DNA of 63,791 bases, filler included, from Asterionella formosa (lineage: Eukaryota), in the NCBI GenBank assembly GCA_002256025.1. It is 19 parts of 19 records of this genome, joined end to end, with 100 filler letters (N's around TTAATTAATTAA, not from the genome) between each part and the next. Parts side by side here need not be neighbours in the genome. Positions count along the whole stretch, not along the records: positions 5,790 to 34,898 come from NKIB01001083.1; 18 more parts are not named here. One strand, written 5' to 3'. Positions 10,527-22,455 of the stretch are shown here, piece by piece. Numbering within the stretch: the stretch's first letter is position 1; the number at the start of each line of letters is the position of its first letter. The notes below the pieces were generated by a model. That model was given only the letters and a program-made list of their open reading frames with translations, was not told where the DNA came from and searched no databases. Both the position numbers and the translations under genes were made by a program.

Positions 10527-11036
10527 TGAGTGATGCCAATGACATTTGCGATGGCGAGATCCTTGGCTTGAGATATATTTCAACAGTCGAAGCTGCAAGT
10601 TGCAAGCTTGTTGTGGCGCGATCATCAAGCTGAATGCTACAGGCTCATGTAGTGCTGGCCTCGATGTTGTTGGCTTGCCGGAAGCATTTAAGAGAATCAT
10701 TTTCGTCGTCTGCCTAATGATGCAGAAATATTTCATGTATGGCATATTTCTGGTCCAATAATCATATAAGCGATGTGATTGGCTTATATATATCCATCAC
10801 GATCCAACTTGTAGCATCAACACAAATTATTAAAATTTCCAGTGATTCAAATATTTCAATTGGAATCACGTTATTCAAAATTAACTCATAAAAATTCTTA
10901 GTTCCAGGGAATTTCGGCAACCCTAAGCAATATTTTAATTTTTGCCTAGGGGTTCAAATGCAGGAACCTTAAGTACAAACGGGTACACACTCTAGGAATT
11001 ACTACAAATGCCATCAAAAAACTCGAGCGCACCACC
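10430..11036 (+). repeat. Dispersed repeat with a diverged inverted copy at about 27345-27830
   Basis: GATGCCAATGACATTTGCGATGGCGA and GGCTTGCCGGAAG here match TCGCCATCGCAAATGTCATTGGCATC and CTTCCGGCAAGCC on the other strand at 27570-27735. Confidence 0.85.
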
Positions 11037-11302
11037 TTACCGGTAGGCAATATTTTGATTTTTGCCTAGGGTTCAAATGCAGGAACCTTTAGTTCGCTGC
11101 ATTTCAACCCTAGATTAGAGATTAGAGAAGTAGGGTTAAAAATGTAAAGTCAAAGTAGTCAAACACACAGCCACTTCTTACAACTAAAACATAAATGTAT
11201 ATCATTAAACGGAGCTTTCACCAATTTACACCATTTCCATATGCTTAAATACAGTCATTGATCAAATTAGGGTATAGGTTAACTCTATATAACGTAAGGA
11301 AT

Positions 11303-12089
11303 TAGGATCTGGCGAGAAACTACAGAAAGTAACTTTTGGTTTTTTATAATTTAATCATTCTTATAGCGCATTCTTACTATTCTATTTCTAGATTTGCCGT
11401 CATTGCGCTCCATAGCCCATGTAAGGTGCTGGGGCAGTGGAAAGTTTGGCGGGTAGTCACTTCCTTGAATAGAAGCAATGTAAATTTTTTGTGATAGCTT
11501 TGTTCTTGAAGCGATTCTCTATGGCTGCACATCGAATGTCAACCTGAGAATTGAATTCGTAGCTTGGATTACTTGCCGTAAAGATTTCCTCTGCCACTCC
11601 GCTATCCTTGGTGTTTTTGAAGTGATAGATTGTGTTGTGCTTGGAAAATATGTAGCTGTAGATTGCTGGCCGGTTTCTACAGCCACTGTCGAGGCTGCAA
11701 AAAGATATGTTGTTCGTTTCGTCAGAAACCGCCTTTTTTTCCTATCCTCACGTTTAATAGATCCTACATTTTTGTACAAAAAGATGCGCATCCCTGGTCA
11801 AGACTTCATCCTTCCTTGCGTAATATTTTCTGATTTGTTCATCATATGCTGATTGAGATATCGTATTATTTTTCCCGTTGTGAAGTACCTTATTTCTTTC
11901 TTGCCATGCGCTAGTGGTCCATAGCCATATTTGAGCAGTGGCGGTATTCGCCCAATTAGTGCTCGTTGCTTGAACTTCAGTTTGTTACTATGCTATAAAG
12001 ACTAGAAATTTCCTGGGAAATCATTTTATTTGGCAAAGTAAAAAAACCGAAGTTCCTTTCTGCAGTTTCTTGCTAGAAGTTATATACTG
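11303..12089. mobile_element. Element bounded by ~43-bp imperfect inverted repeats, non-autonomous or decayed
   Basis: Left TCTGGCGAGAAACTACAGAAAGTAACTTTTGGTTTTTT; right AAAAAACCGAAGTTCCTTTCTGCAGTTTCTTGCTAGA. Confidence 0.7.
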
Positions 12090-12720
12090 ATGCTATTTGA
12101 AGGTTAGTACCTATGTATTGAATTTGCCTTCAAACCCAGTCAGCCAACGTTGGGTCTTTGCTAGTATCGTCTCCAAAATATCGGTTTTTAGTTGTAAAAT
12201 CTCCTGTACAAAAAGTTACATTGTAAGGGCCCGCTACATTTTTCATATTCTGCGTTATAATACTTATATCCGTTTGATTGGCCCGGTTGGCAGGGTTTTT
12301 CAATCCCACGCTGGCCACACTAGATAAGCTGGATCCACATGCAACAATTTTCTTGCATGTTGGCCGATGCTATATATCCACTATCAGAGTACCTGTTACG
12401 GAGTAGCTAGGAGTTCTGAGTTACCTCGTACTCCCTGTGGTTGAAAATAACTGCGTCGAATCGCCGGCACCACTAGCGTCTTGACTGTTCGCATATGAAG
12501 GATTATGTAGCCAACATACCATCTGTCTACGTGAGGATTGGTGGCTTGCTCGAAAAAATGCGTTTTTTATGAGTTACATACACGTGAACATATACTCTGT
12601 TTATGTAATTAAATTAATCGCATTTAAGTAAATTATTCGAACCCAGTTCAACATATAAATATTCAACAGTATATGAGTATAAATTCATATACAAATGACA
12701 ACCAACAGTTGACAAAAAAG

Positions 12721-13164
12721 ATGACGACTCGACGTAACTTTCAGCCAAACAACATTGTTGCCGACGATGTTGTTGTTGGGAGGGAGCCAGATGGAGAGAT
12801 TCTTGGGCTAGGGGCGTGCAACAATCGGAGTACTTGCAAGTTCCACTATCCATGTGGAAGTGCTGTTTCTGTTGGTAGTAAGGTTCTGTTTGTGTCTACC
12901 TACATCGATGACGAGATCACTAGTGAAAAATAACGCGTTATTCAAGTCAAGATGGAGAGCGCGAAAGCTCTAGGAACACTGTTTGTTGTGGGTTAAATCT
13001 CAAGGTATAACTCAGGAAACAGAGATAGGGCTCTCAATCATGTTGGCCGGAGTGCCACGGTTTTGGAGCTACTACACAATTCCTCCAATTCGGCAAAGCG
13101 GCGCATGAACATTCGAGGTTATGGAGTATCTACTTTTGTCTTCGATGATCTAGTTGAAAAATAA
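12721..13164 (+). pseudogene. Accessory ORF2 inside the mariner TIRs (about 147 codons, two in-frame TAA); unknown protein with CxxHxxC and VGY.SR motifs
   Basis: One frame: ...DGEILGLGACNNRSTCKFHYPCGSAVSVGSKVLF...VVG*ISRYNSGN...VGRSATVLELLHNSSNSAKRRMNIRGYGVSTFVFDD. Collinear homologue at 48494-48915. Confidence 0.85.
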
Positions 13165-13487
13165 TTTATATAGCAACACACATTTATGTGTAGTAAATAT
13201 TTAAATGGTAGTTTATGGTTCATAAATCGTAAATTTTAACAAATTTATGTGGATATATGATAAATAAGCCATGTTGATACACAAAGTATTTATATGGATA
13301 ATGACTGTTTACTAAAGTATAATTAACACAAAGTAGCTATATAGATAATAACTGTGCACTATAGTATGATTAGTAAAAAGGACGACAGGGGAATGTTTTG
13401 AATCTTTTGCAGCCATAGTACGGCGCCAGAAAAGAAAACCCCTGTCCCCTGAACGAAATTATCAACTGACATCATTCCGACCAACCC

Positions 13488-14314
13488 CTAGTCTATATCT
13501 TCTCCATCTCCATCTAACTCATCTATGGAAGTACTTGCCAATTCAATCGCCTCGTCACTTGCGTCCAGTCGCACTGGTAGTATTCCTTGTCGTTCCAGTG
13601 CTGCTTTTTTCCCCATATGCGGAATGTCATAATCGTTGTCTCCCTGCCTGTTAGTCACCTCCTCAAGAATTCCCGGTAAAGTAAGAAACAAACAATTCAA
13701 CCTCATCGGTTCAAAAGATTTATATGCTGCTGTCAATGCCTCCACCAACCCATCCACATCATGATTAGCGTCCTCCACTCAATCCCATTGCCCACTCTGA
13801 AGTGCCCGAAAAAAAAACTGAGATTGTTGATATTCATTTCTGGTGAGTTTGCCGGTTGCCCTGTTAAATTTATATCCATCCATCCAAAGTAGCTGCGTCT
13901 AGCTAGAAACGGAACATAATCGCTTCCGAAATGAGTGCTTGCGTTGTCGTGTTGGATGTATACTGTCTTACAGCCATTGACACCAACCGGCCATTTCTCT
14001 CGAATTGCTGGAATTACATTTTTGATGATCATGTCTGCGTAGCTCTGCTTTGTAACCTGTAGATTCATCGTTATCATTGTCCCTGCTAGTCTGTGCGTTT
14101 ATCGAGTTCCTAAGAGCCGGAGTCTGCTGAATGAAGGGCCATATACCAATCTTCCCATCAAATACATGTGCACACTCGATTTTTGTCATATCTGGGGCGA
14201 ACAATGATTGCGGAGAGAAACATCACTTTTCAATGTGATCCTTGTGTTTAGTTCTACGAATGGGTCCCCTCGCTCCCTTAGTCAAGTAGAACCGCAAGGT
14301 AACAGCATTTGTAT
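13488..14314 (-). pseudogene. Mariner transposase, C-terminal catalytic part (frameshifted)
   Basis: KHKDHIEKVMFL, FDGKIGIWPF, VIPAIREKWP, YIQHDNASTH, QPANSPEMN and GDNDYDIPHMGK are plant/stramenopile mariner motifs. Confidence 0.92.
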
Positions 14315-14735
14315 TGACAAAATATCGAACCGTGTATTCTATTTTATGTGATTCGATCAAATCGATTAAATGACAATATGATTATATTTGAATGAACGAT
14401 GGCGCGTAAGAATTCAATGGAATGAATCTAGGATTTGACATGAGATGACAATTCATTTATTGTAAAGTGTGAAAACCAAGACACTGGAGAAATCATGGTG
14501 GGGAAACAGACCGTGTTCGGGAGTTAACAGTTGTTGCTATGGACAACAATCTGAGAAAAGTTGATCTTTGGAGTTTTAGTTTTAGCTCATAACAAGTAAA
14601 GTGTGAAATCTGTTTTCAAGTTTAGTTTGGAGTCTTAAAACGTAAGACAAGTGAAGTTATCAACAAAGCTACTAGCAATACGAATAGTTGGACAAGTAAG
14701 CTTGCAGCTATTAACGTAAACTAGATACTTTAACA
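14315..14735 (+). repeat. 5' LTR (421 bp)
   Basis: TGACAAAATATCGAA...AGATACTTTAACA; direct repeat of 18815-19239, roughly 90% identical by eye. Confidence 0.95.
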
Positions 14736-14772
14736 CATTTATAAACGAACCTTTGTATCTACAACGTCTACC

Positions 14773-17700
14773 ATGGTGGAAGAAGATAAAAGTGAGTCTA
14801 TTCATCATTATAAGTTTGATGGCGATGAAGACAAGTGGCATGAGTGGAGCTCCAAAGCTCTATCTCTAGCCAAGACAAAAGGATTCAGGAATGCATAGTA
14901 CGCTATTGACACCAAGCCATGCAGTGACGATGAATACTACAAGACGGCTGAAAAATTGATGAAAGCAACCTACAAAGCCAACGACAAGGCATTTGAGTTT
15001 CTGATGATGAGTTCCTCTGGAATCGCATATGGGCTAGTCAACCAGGCAAAGAAAGCAACACTCAAGGATGGAGATGCTTATCTTGCTTGGAAAAACCTAT
15101 GCGCTCGCTATGCACCACACGAAGTCTTGGATTACATCTATCTATCAGAAAATTTCAATAGATGCAGACTTGAGACGACCAGAACGGACCCAGAAACTTG
15201 GTTCATCAAACTTGAAACGCTACGGAACCAGATGCAAATGATTGATGTAAAGTTCACGAAGTCAGATGAAGAAATCGTGGCTCACATCATAGATCGACTT
15301 CCAAAGGAATACAGTGAAGAAGTCACTGTGGTTGAGGGAATTCAAAATGTAACTTACAGGAGGAAAGGGAAGATTCGAGCATTTCACAAACGTGGATTCA
15401 AGAAGGACGTGAAAGACAAAGAAGAAATTGCTCTCTATGCAGGAGGAAAGTTCAAAGGTACATGTCGCAACTGTGGAAAACAAGGTCACAAATCGGCAGA
15501 CTGTTGATCGAAGACAAACACAACTGGCAACAAAGACGGAGGCGGTCGTGGTATCAAATGCTTTAATTGCAACAAATACGCAGGTCATGTGGCAAAAGAT
15601 TGTCCAGAAGAAAGGAAAATCAAGATGTCACCAGGCGAAACAAAAGAAAAGGAAACCGGCATGTTTGTTGGAATGGTTGATGGGGTATGCTCCAATGACG
15701 CATGGCTGGGACACAATTGATGATTCACACACGAAAGAAAATCATGAGGATGAAAATGAAAGTGATGGAACCTACGAGCTCATTGGTGTTTCGGTTGAAA
15801 TCATCGAAAATGAGAATACGGAAAATAATGCGACGATGATGCATGAAACAAAAAATTGGTGCACACACATGATGAGTTTTTTGCTATGCATACTGAATCC
15901 GAAATATGGTTAGCTGATATGGGAGCTATGAGCCATGATATTATCACGTGCGACAAATTTATGACTAATGTCCAGAAAGTCAATGTGAAAGTGATCGTGT
16001 GAGATGGCAAGGAAGTTACATGTAACAAACGCTGACAATAAGGAAGCATTTATGTCTCAAACATCTACTTTATGCCCCTCTTCTTCATAAAAATATTGTC
16101 AGCATTGAAAAATTTGTCCAACAAAGGCAACAATACGGCATGGAAATGCGCGGAATGTTATTGACAATCAAGAAAAAGGGTCATTCTGATGTCTTGAATT
16201 TCACACGTGATGACCAACAGATCTTGTATTATTTTACGGGCAAACGGGCTCTACCTAAACAAGTGACGTCTGTAAATGTCTCTACGGAAATTGTGGTACA
16301 AGACTACGTTGAGAAACACAATATCAAGATTGAATTCACAGCTCCAAACACGCCACAGGAGGGGGTTTGTGACGATTCGTCAACGTGCTTGTGCTGCTAT
16401 GTTCGCACCAAGTTTTTCAGATGAATTCCAAGGTCTTTTGTGGGCAGAGGCTACTAGCACTCTCATAAGATTATCAAACAGTGTGGCATCGACCAAAGAT
16501 GTTAAAAGTGCTGACAAACTATTTTATTGTCATTTACCTACGGTTTACAAGCATCTTATTCAGTTCGGTTGTGTGGGCTGGGTGAAGAATAGTTCAAAGA
16601 AGGTTACTAAACTTGATGCCAAGGCTATTAAGTGTGTAATGATTGGTTACAGTCATAATCATTCCGGCGTTACGTCTAGAATGTTCAACCCAAAAAAGAA
16701 AGAGGATAATCAACAGTTGCAAAGTGAAATGGGCTGATTGGCACGGGACATTGGATCCTATGGCAAAAATGCAAAATTTTGACATTCACAAGTCCACAAT
16801 CGAGATTATTGAAGAATATTGTGATTCTGATGACGACCTCAAAAAGATAGTTGATACAGAGGATACTGAAAACGACAACCTTGGCTGGTGTTGAGAATGC
16901 AAATGATTCTGTGACTACCCCTGCAGTTCGTTTTGATAATGATGTTTCTTTCAGAAATAATTTACTTGAGAAAAATGCAAATTTTGCACGAGCATTATTG
17001 AAATTGGATGGAATGGAAAAATGGACAGAAGTTATTGGTAAGGGTGCTCAACGCTCCCTTCGCTTCACACCTAAAAAATCTTCACTCTGAGAATCTGTTG
17101 TTTGTGTTGAAGAGAAACCAGATTCTGTGGAACTTCTATGCAACCCTGAGGGTTTTGAGATTTATTATGCATATTCTACGACGCTTGCTTCCAATGCTAG
17201 TGAACCTAGAACATATAAGGAGGCCCTTAAACATCAGGATGTTGCTAATTGGACATTGGCAATTAAAGGGGAAATTGACAACTTTTACAACAGGATGTCT
17301 GGAAAAAGGTCCCCAGGACTATTTTAAATGGCCGGAAATCTCTTGGTACACGTTGGGTGTTCAAACAAAAACCAGAACAAGACAAGAGTTTTCGATATAA
17401 AGGTCGAATTGTGGTCAAAGGATATGTTCAAATACCTAATCATTTGCTCCTGTTGCTACTGTTGCTTCTATGTGGAGCATTCTTTTCCATTACGCGATAT
17501 AATTGGCATCAACATGTCAAAGATCAATGGATTTGCGAAATTATTGATGTGGAAGATGCATTTCTCGAAGGAGATATGGATGAAAGCATTTACATTGAAT
17601 GGCCTGATGGAATTCTAGATTACGGTTTTGAATCTTTTGACACTATAAAGATCACATACATCTTACTGGAGAAAGCCATGAACGGTACGGTGCAGGCCGC

Positions 17701-18817
17701 ATTAGAATTCTTCAAGAAGCTGGTTGAGAATGTTACTCTCATTGGTTTGGAACAAAGCAAAGTGGACCCATGTGTTTTTTTCATGAAGAAGCAGGGTAAA
17801 ATGATACTGATTATTTGCCCTAATGTTGATGATTGTGCTATTGCAGGCAAACTTTCCAATGTTCAGTGGTTCATATCTTTGATCAAGAAATATTTTACAA
17901 TTAAGGGACTCGGCATTCTACATACACTTTTGGGTGTACGAGTGGGGTGAAGACACAACCGGTCGATCATATTTAGAAGCAAGCATGGAAAATTTTGTGA
18001 CAGTTATGATTAAAGACTTTAAAGCATTGTTTAAGAAACTACCACGCACAGCAACGACTCCAGCTCTTCCATGTACTATTTTGAGAAAGAATGATGGGAA
18101 TACTATTCTACACAAAGAATTTCGTTCTATGGTTGGGAAGCTGCTATATTTGTGAAGAAAATTGGCACAGTATGTGCCAACGCATATCGAGAACTATCAC
18201 AACACTTGGAAAATTCGGGAGAAGCGCAATGGAACGCTGTGAAAAGGCTTCTTGGATATTTTTCTATGATTATATGACATCGAAAATTGAAAATGAGACC
18301 ACGTTGAGCAATGAGAGTTCAAGACGTTGTGGATAGTTCATTTGGTGACAATCCTGATACTCGGAAGTCAACAAGTGCCTACATGGGAACAATTGGTGGT
18401 TCTGCTTTGATTAACTGGATTTCAAAAGGTCAACCAATTGTGACAGTATCAAGCACTGAAGCTGAATACGTGGCTTTATCTGATGGATCAAAAGAGACAA
18501 GGTTTATTACAAATCTACTTTCTGAGGTGACCAATGTGATAATGTCAAGTCTTCTGTCTGAAGATAATACTGGTGCAATTTTTCTATCGAAAAATCCACA
18601 GGTTGCTTTTAGAACCAAACATATTGATGTCCCTTATCACTTTATTCGAGTGAAAGTGAAAGCAGGGGCCATAAAAGTTTCATCTGTCAATACATTAAAG
18701 AATCCCGTCCGCGATTTGCTGTCTAAAAATGTGACACAAAAAGTGCATGATGCGCATGCCTTTCATATTTTGAATGGATTCATGGATTGCTGGGATCGAG
18801 ATCAGGAGGGAGAGTGA
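14773..18817 (+). pseudogene. Copia gag-pol with many stops and frameshifts and a partly deleted integrase
   Basis: Zinc knuckles CRNCGKQGHKSADC and CFNCNKYAGHVAKDC; protease WLADMGAMSH; integrase EFTAPNTPQ and KLDAKAIKCVMIGYS; RT YKGRIVVKGYVQIP, DVEDAFLEG and NVDD; RNase H DSSFGDNPDTRKST and SSTEAEY. Confidence 0.93.
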
Positions 18818-19239
18818 CAAAATATCGAATCATGGATTCTTTTTTATGTGATTCGATCAATTTGATTAAATGACAATATGATTATATTTGAATGAACGAG
18901 GATGGCGCGTAAGAATTCAATGGAATGAATCTTGGGTTTGAAATGAGATTTCAATTCATTTATTGTAAAGTGTGAACAACCATGACATTGGAGTAATCAT
19001 GGTGGGGAAAAAGATCGTGTTCCTCGGGAAATAACAGTTGTTGCGATTGACAATAATCTGAGAAAAGTTGATCTTTGGAGTTTTAGTTTTAGCTCATAAC
19101 AAGTAAAGTGTGAAATCTGTTTTCAAGTTTAGTTTGGAGTCTTAAAACTTAAGACAAGTCAAGTTATCACCGAAGCTAGCAATGCAAATAGTTGGACGAG
19201 TAAGCTTGCAGCTATTAACTTAAACTAGATACTTTAACA
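18815..19239 (+). repeat. 3' LTR (425 bp)
   Basis: Directly follows the PPT and has TG...CA termini. Confidence 0.95.
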
Positions 19240-19689
19240 TTGTCTGAGGTCGTATCACATCCCGCTGTTGCTTGTCTTTTGCGATTGAATAAACTGTGGA
19301 TTTTGGCAAATTAAGTGCTGACGCTAGCTTACGATATGTAGTGCGCTTCTGGAAAGGAATTTCCTTTATAGCTGCAATCACGTCGTCACGATTATATTTT
19401 TGCTTACGATCTGACCCGTATTTGCGGGAAAGCGAGGAAAATTTGTCACTATCCTCTAAATAGTAAGAGGTGAGGGCGCGATTAAATGTACGCTGCGCGG
19501 TACTCTTATTAACTCTAACCAATGCGACATGAATTTAACGGTTTTAGGCAACAAAACGAGCCGACCGTTTATTTCGTCTCTTCCATCAGGCCCTTTTTTG
19601 AGGTTCCGTAAATCATAATCGAGAATCATTTGACGCTCTTCTACTGTCAAATCCCTTCTCTTAGACTTGTTAAGATTGAGTTGTGACAA
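19240..19689 (-). pseudogene. Mariner transposase, N-terminal DNA-binding part (frameshifted)
   Basis: RRDLTVEERQMI and IKEIPFQKRTTYRKLASALNLPKSTV...VIRP form the HTH region typical of plant-type mariners. Confidence 0.9.
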
Positions 19690-21630
19690 AAACTGGGGGG
19701 TGAGGCATCTGCATTTTGCTTGAGATAGGCAAAAGTGAAAATCGAAAAGCCGAAAAACATTTCTTGAAACGTAGTTGCCAATTTAAAATATCTTCATCTA
19801 TATTATACATAGATCTGTAGCTTTTTGGATAGCGTACAATAGGGCAATTGAACCGGAGAATATCGTAGGAATCAAAATTGAAATGGATAAATTTTTCCAA
19901 TTGCCGCAAATATTTTCAATCAGAGGGAGTACCTGGTACTACCAGGTACCTGGGCGATACCTTGCTTTAGCTGATCATCATTGGCCATAGTAGTGTACGC
20001 ATACCAGTAAATTGTTAGTAGAATGCACTTTTAAATATTTTTCCAAGCGGCTAGGTCATATAAATGACAGATATTTGTTGATTTGAGCATAATACCGGTA
20101 GAGTAGCTATGTTTACATTCAGCGATGTAGAATCTATATAAGTCTATTTAGGGCATTTGAAAAGGCATCTATGTTCATACGCGCAAATCTCCACTGATTT
20201 AAATACTTCAAATGGAATCATCGATTTTCAAAATTATGGCATAAAAGTTCTTAGTTCCAGGGAATTTCGCTCGGTAACCTTAAGCTATTTATTATTATTT
20301 GACGTACTAGGGTTGAAATGCAGCAACCTTACAAATCTTACATAAAACCTGTGGTCCCGTCTCCTCTAAAATGAACAAGAAACACCTCAAGACTATATTG
20401 CTCACCTCTGGGTATTGATCGAAACTATCCCCACTCACGTGGAACCCTTTTCGTTATGGATAGTATTTTTGATCACAGATGTAGCTTTTTTGTTTAGAGA
20501 AGCGATTATTTTAGTTTCTCTACTTTATCTGATAGGTGTCTAATTTAACAGGCTTTTTGTCCCCTGTTTTGATGCCTGAACCTTTGACTCACCATGGTAT
20601 TCACCATGTGAATTGCTTGCATTTGTTAACAAGAACAAATCTCATCCAGGAGTATAGCTAATTAAGATGACATCTTTTTGCTAGTCTAGAAAAAGCTAAT
20701 GCACTAAGACACAACAGTAGAAACTCTGTATTTATAGAAGCTATATATACTACAGTCGTATGCAACAATGTCAAAATTTTCCAGTTTTCCGGGTTCGTTG
20801 TTAAAGCTAAAACTTGCTTTGCTAGTTTCCCTGATTTTTTGATGAGGCTTGTCAATAAGACCCTACAGCACTTTTTGGACTGGCTAGTTTATAGTAATCA
20901 TTGGTCAAAATTGATTTGATCGGAAATAAGCGCATAAATACATAGATTCATTTTAAATTCGCTAAATATAAATTTAAACATTCTACATCACTCAATGCAA
21001 AGCATTCTAGTACTGGTATTCATACAATCAATGATGATCAGCTGCAGGTAGTGGATTCAGTACCTACAAACTCCAAAAAAATGTTCCATGTCATCCAGTG
21101 GTGTGGCCAGTGTGGGTTTGCAAGACCGCACAAACTGGACCAATGAAACAGAGGTAAGTAATTCACAATAACCAATCAGAATACAGTAAATAATGCAGCA
21201 TGCACTTACCATGGAATTTTTTGTACAGGACGAGATTTCAAGACTAAAAATTTTAGGACAAGACTAGTACTATTCCGATTTTGACGTTTTGGCGCTTAGT
21301 GATTCTGATTCTGATGCAATTGCTCAATGTTGGCTGGGTTTGAAGAAGAATTAAATACATAAGTAATCTTCACATTGATCATCATATTATATATGTGGAA
21401 GCAGGCACTTACAATGGAATTTGTTGCACAGGAGATTTTAGGACCAAAAATTCCAGTTCACAACTACTATTCTGATGATGACATTTCAGCTCATAGTAAG
21501 CAATTCGGATTCCGAAATTTTGGTGACTGTAGAAATGGCCAATTTTGTCGAATTTTTGGATGATGATAGCTTAATGTTGGCTGGGTCTGAAGGCAATTTA
21601 GACACATAGTAGGTAATGTTCAAATAGCAT

Positions 21631-21783
21631 CAGTATATAACTTCTGGCGAGAAACTGCAGAAAGGAACTTCGGTTTTGCAACTATACCAAACAAATAGAT
21701 TTCCCCCGAATTTTCGAGCCCTTTTAGCATGGTTAAAAAACCGAAGTTCCTTTTTGCAGTTTCTGACCAGATCCTATATACTG
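21631..21783. mobile_element. 153-bp MITE-like hairpin, an internally deleted relative of 11303-12089; lies in a larger inverted repeat (about 21090-21780 versus 11990-12340)
   Basis: CAGTATATA..TCTGG..AGAAACTGCA.AAAGGAACTTCGGTTTT at one end and AAAACCGAAGTTCCTTTTTGCAGTTTCT..CCAGA..TATATACTG at the other. Confidence 0.75.
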
Positions 21784-22455
21784 ACAATATATTAAGTAGA
21801 CCTACCTCTACTTTGTCCGAAGGCTCTATTTAAGAGTATGGAAAGGGTGTCTATTGGTGAAAGCTCTGTTGAGCATTATACATATTTGAATTATATTTGA
21901 AAAGTACGTGTTTGATTAGTCTGACTGAATACTATTTTGTTAACCCTACCTCGAGCTAGGGGTTCAAATGCAACAACGTTAAAACGCAATTTTTTTTTAA
22001 AGCTTTGGTGTTGTTTCTGTCACCACCATGCAGGTATCATGTGCAAGTTCGTCTCGTATGTGCATTTTATACGGTCGTTTGAAGAAGGAGAACGTTGATG
22101 TGTACGTGTCTATTATGTTGTGGCCGTCCATCCTCGCTCTGCTCTCAGGAGGTAAATTTCAAAAAGGAGCCAGGTATACGGTACCTGGTACCCAGCCATG
22201 GACTAGGTACGGGTACCAGTTACCATTGTACCTGTGGTTCATTTCATACGTAAAATTTTGAGCGTAAAATCAATATAACGAACAGAGACTGTGTCATTCT
22301 CTAGCACCTAAACCACGATTCCTTGACAACCAGACAACATCCTTTTCCTTCCACCATTTCTTGACAAGACTATCAAAGGTACCGGTAGAACAATCGTTTG
22401 TCGTTGCTCTCATCTGAAATTACATATCTATAGGAAGGGTCAAGGGAAAATCGCC

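Larger units (their letters stand above)
14315..19239 (+). mobile_element. Degenerate Ty1/copia LTR retrotransposon with both LTRs (family B), nested in the mariner transposase
   Basis: Two LTRs, PPT AGGAGGGAGAG at 18804-18814, domain order gag-PR-IN-RT-RH, flanks TTGTAT and TTGTCT. Confidence 0.95.
12431..19929 (-). mobile_element. Plant-type (DD39D/Stowaway-associated) mariner-like DNA transposon, interrupted by a copia element
   Basis: Left end TA|CTCCCTGTGGTTGAAAATAACTGCG; right end CGCAAATATTTTCAATCAGAGGGAG|TA. These are CTCCCT TIRs with TA target duplications enclosing the transposase. Confidence 0.92.
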
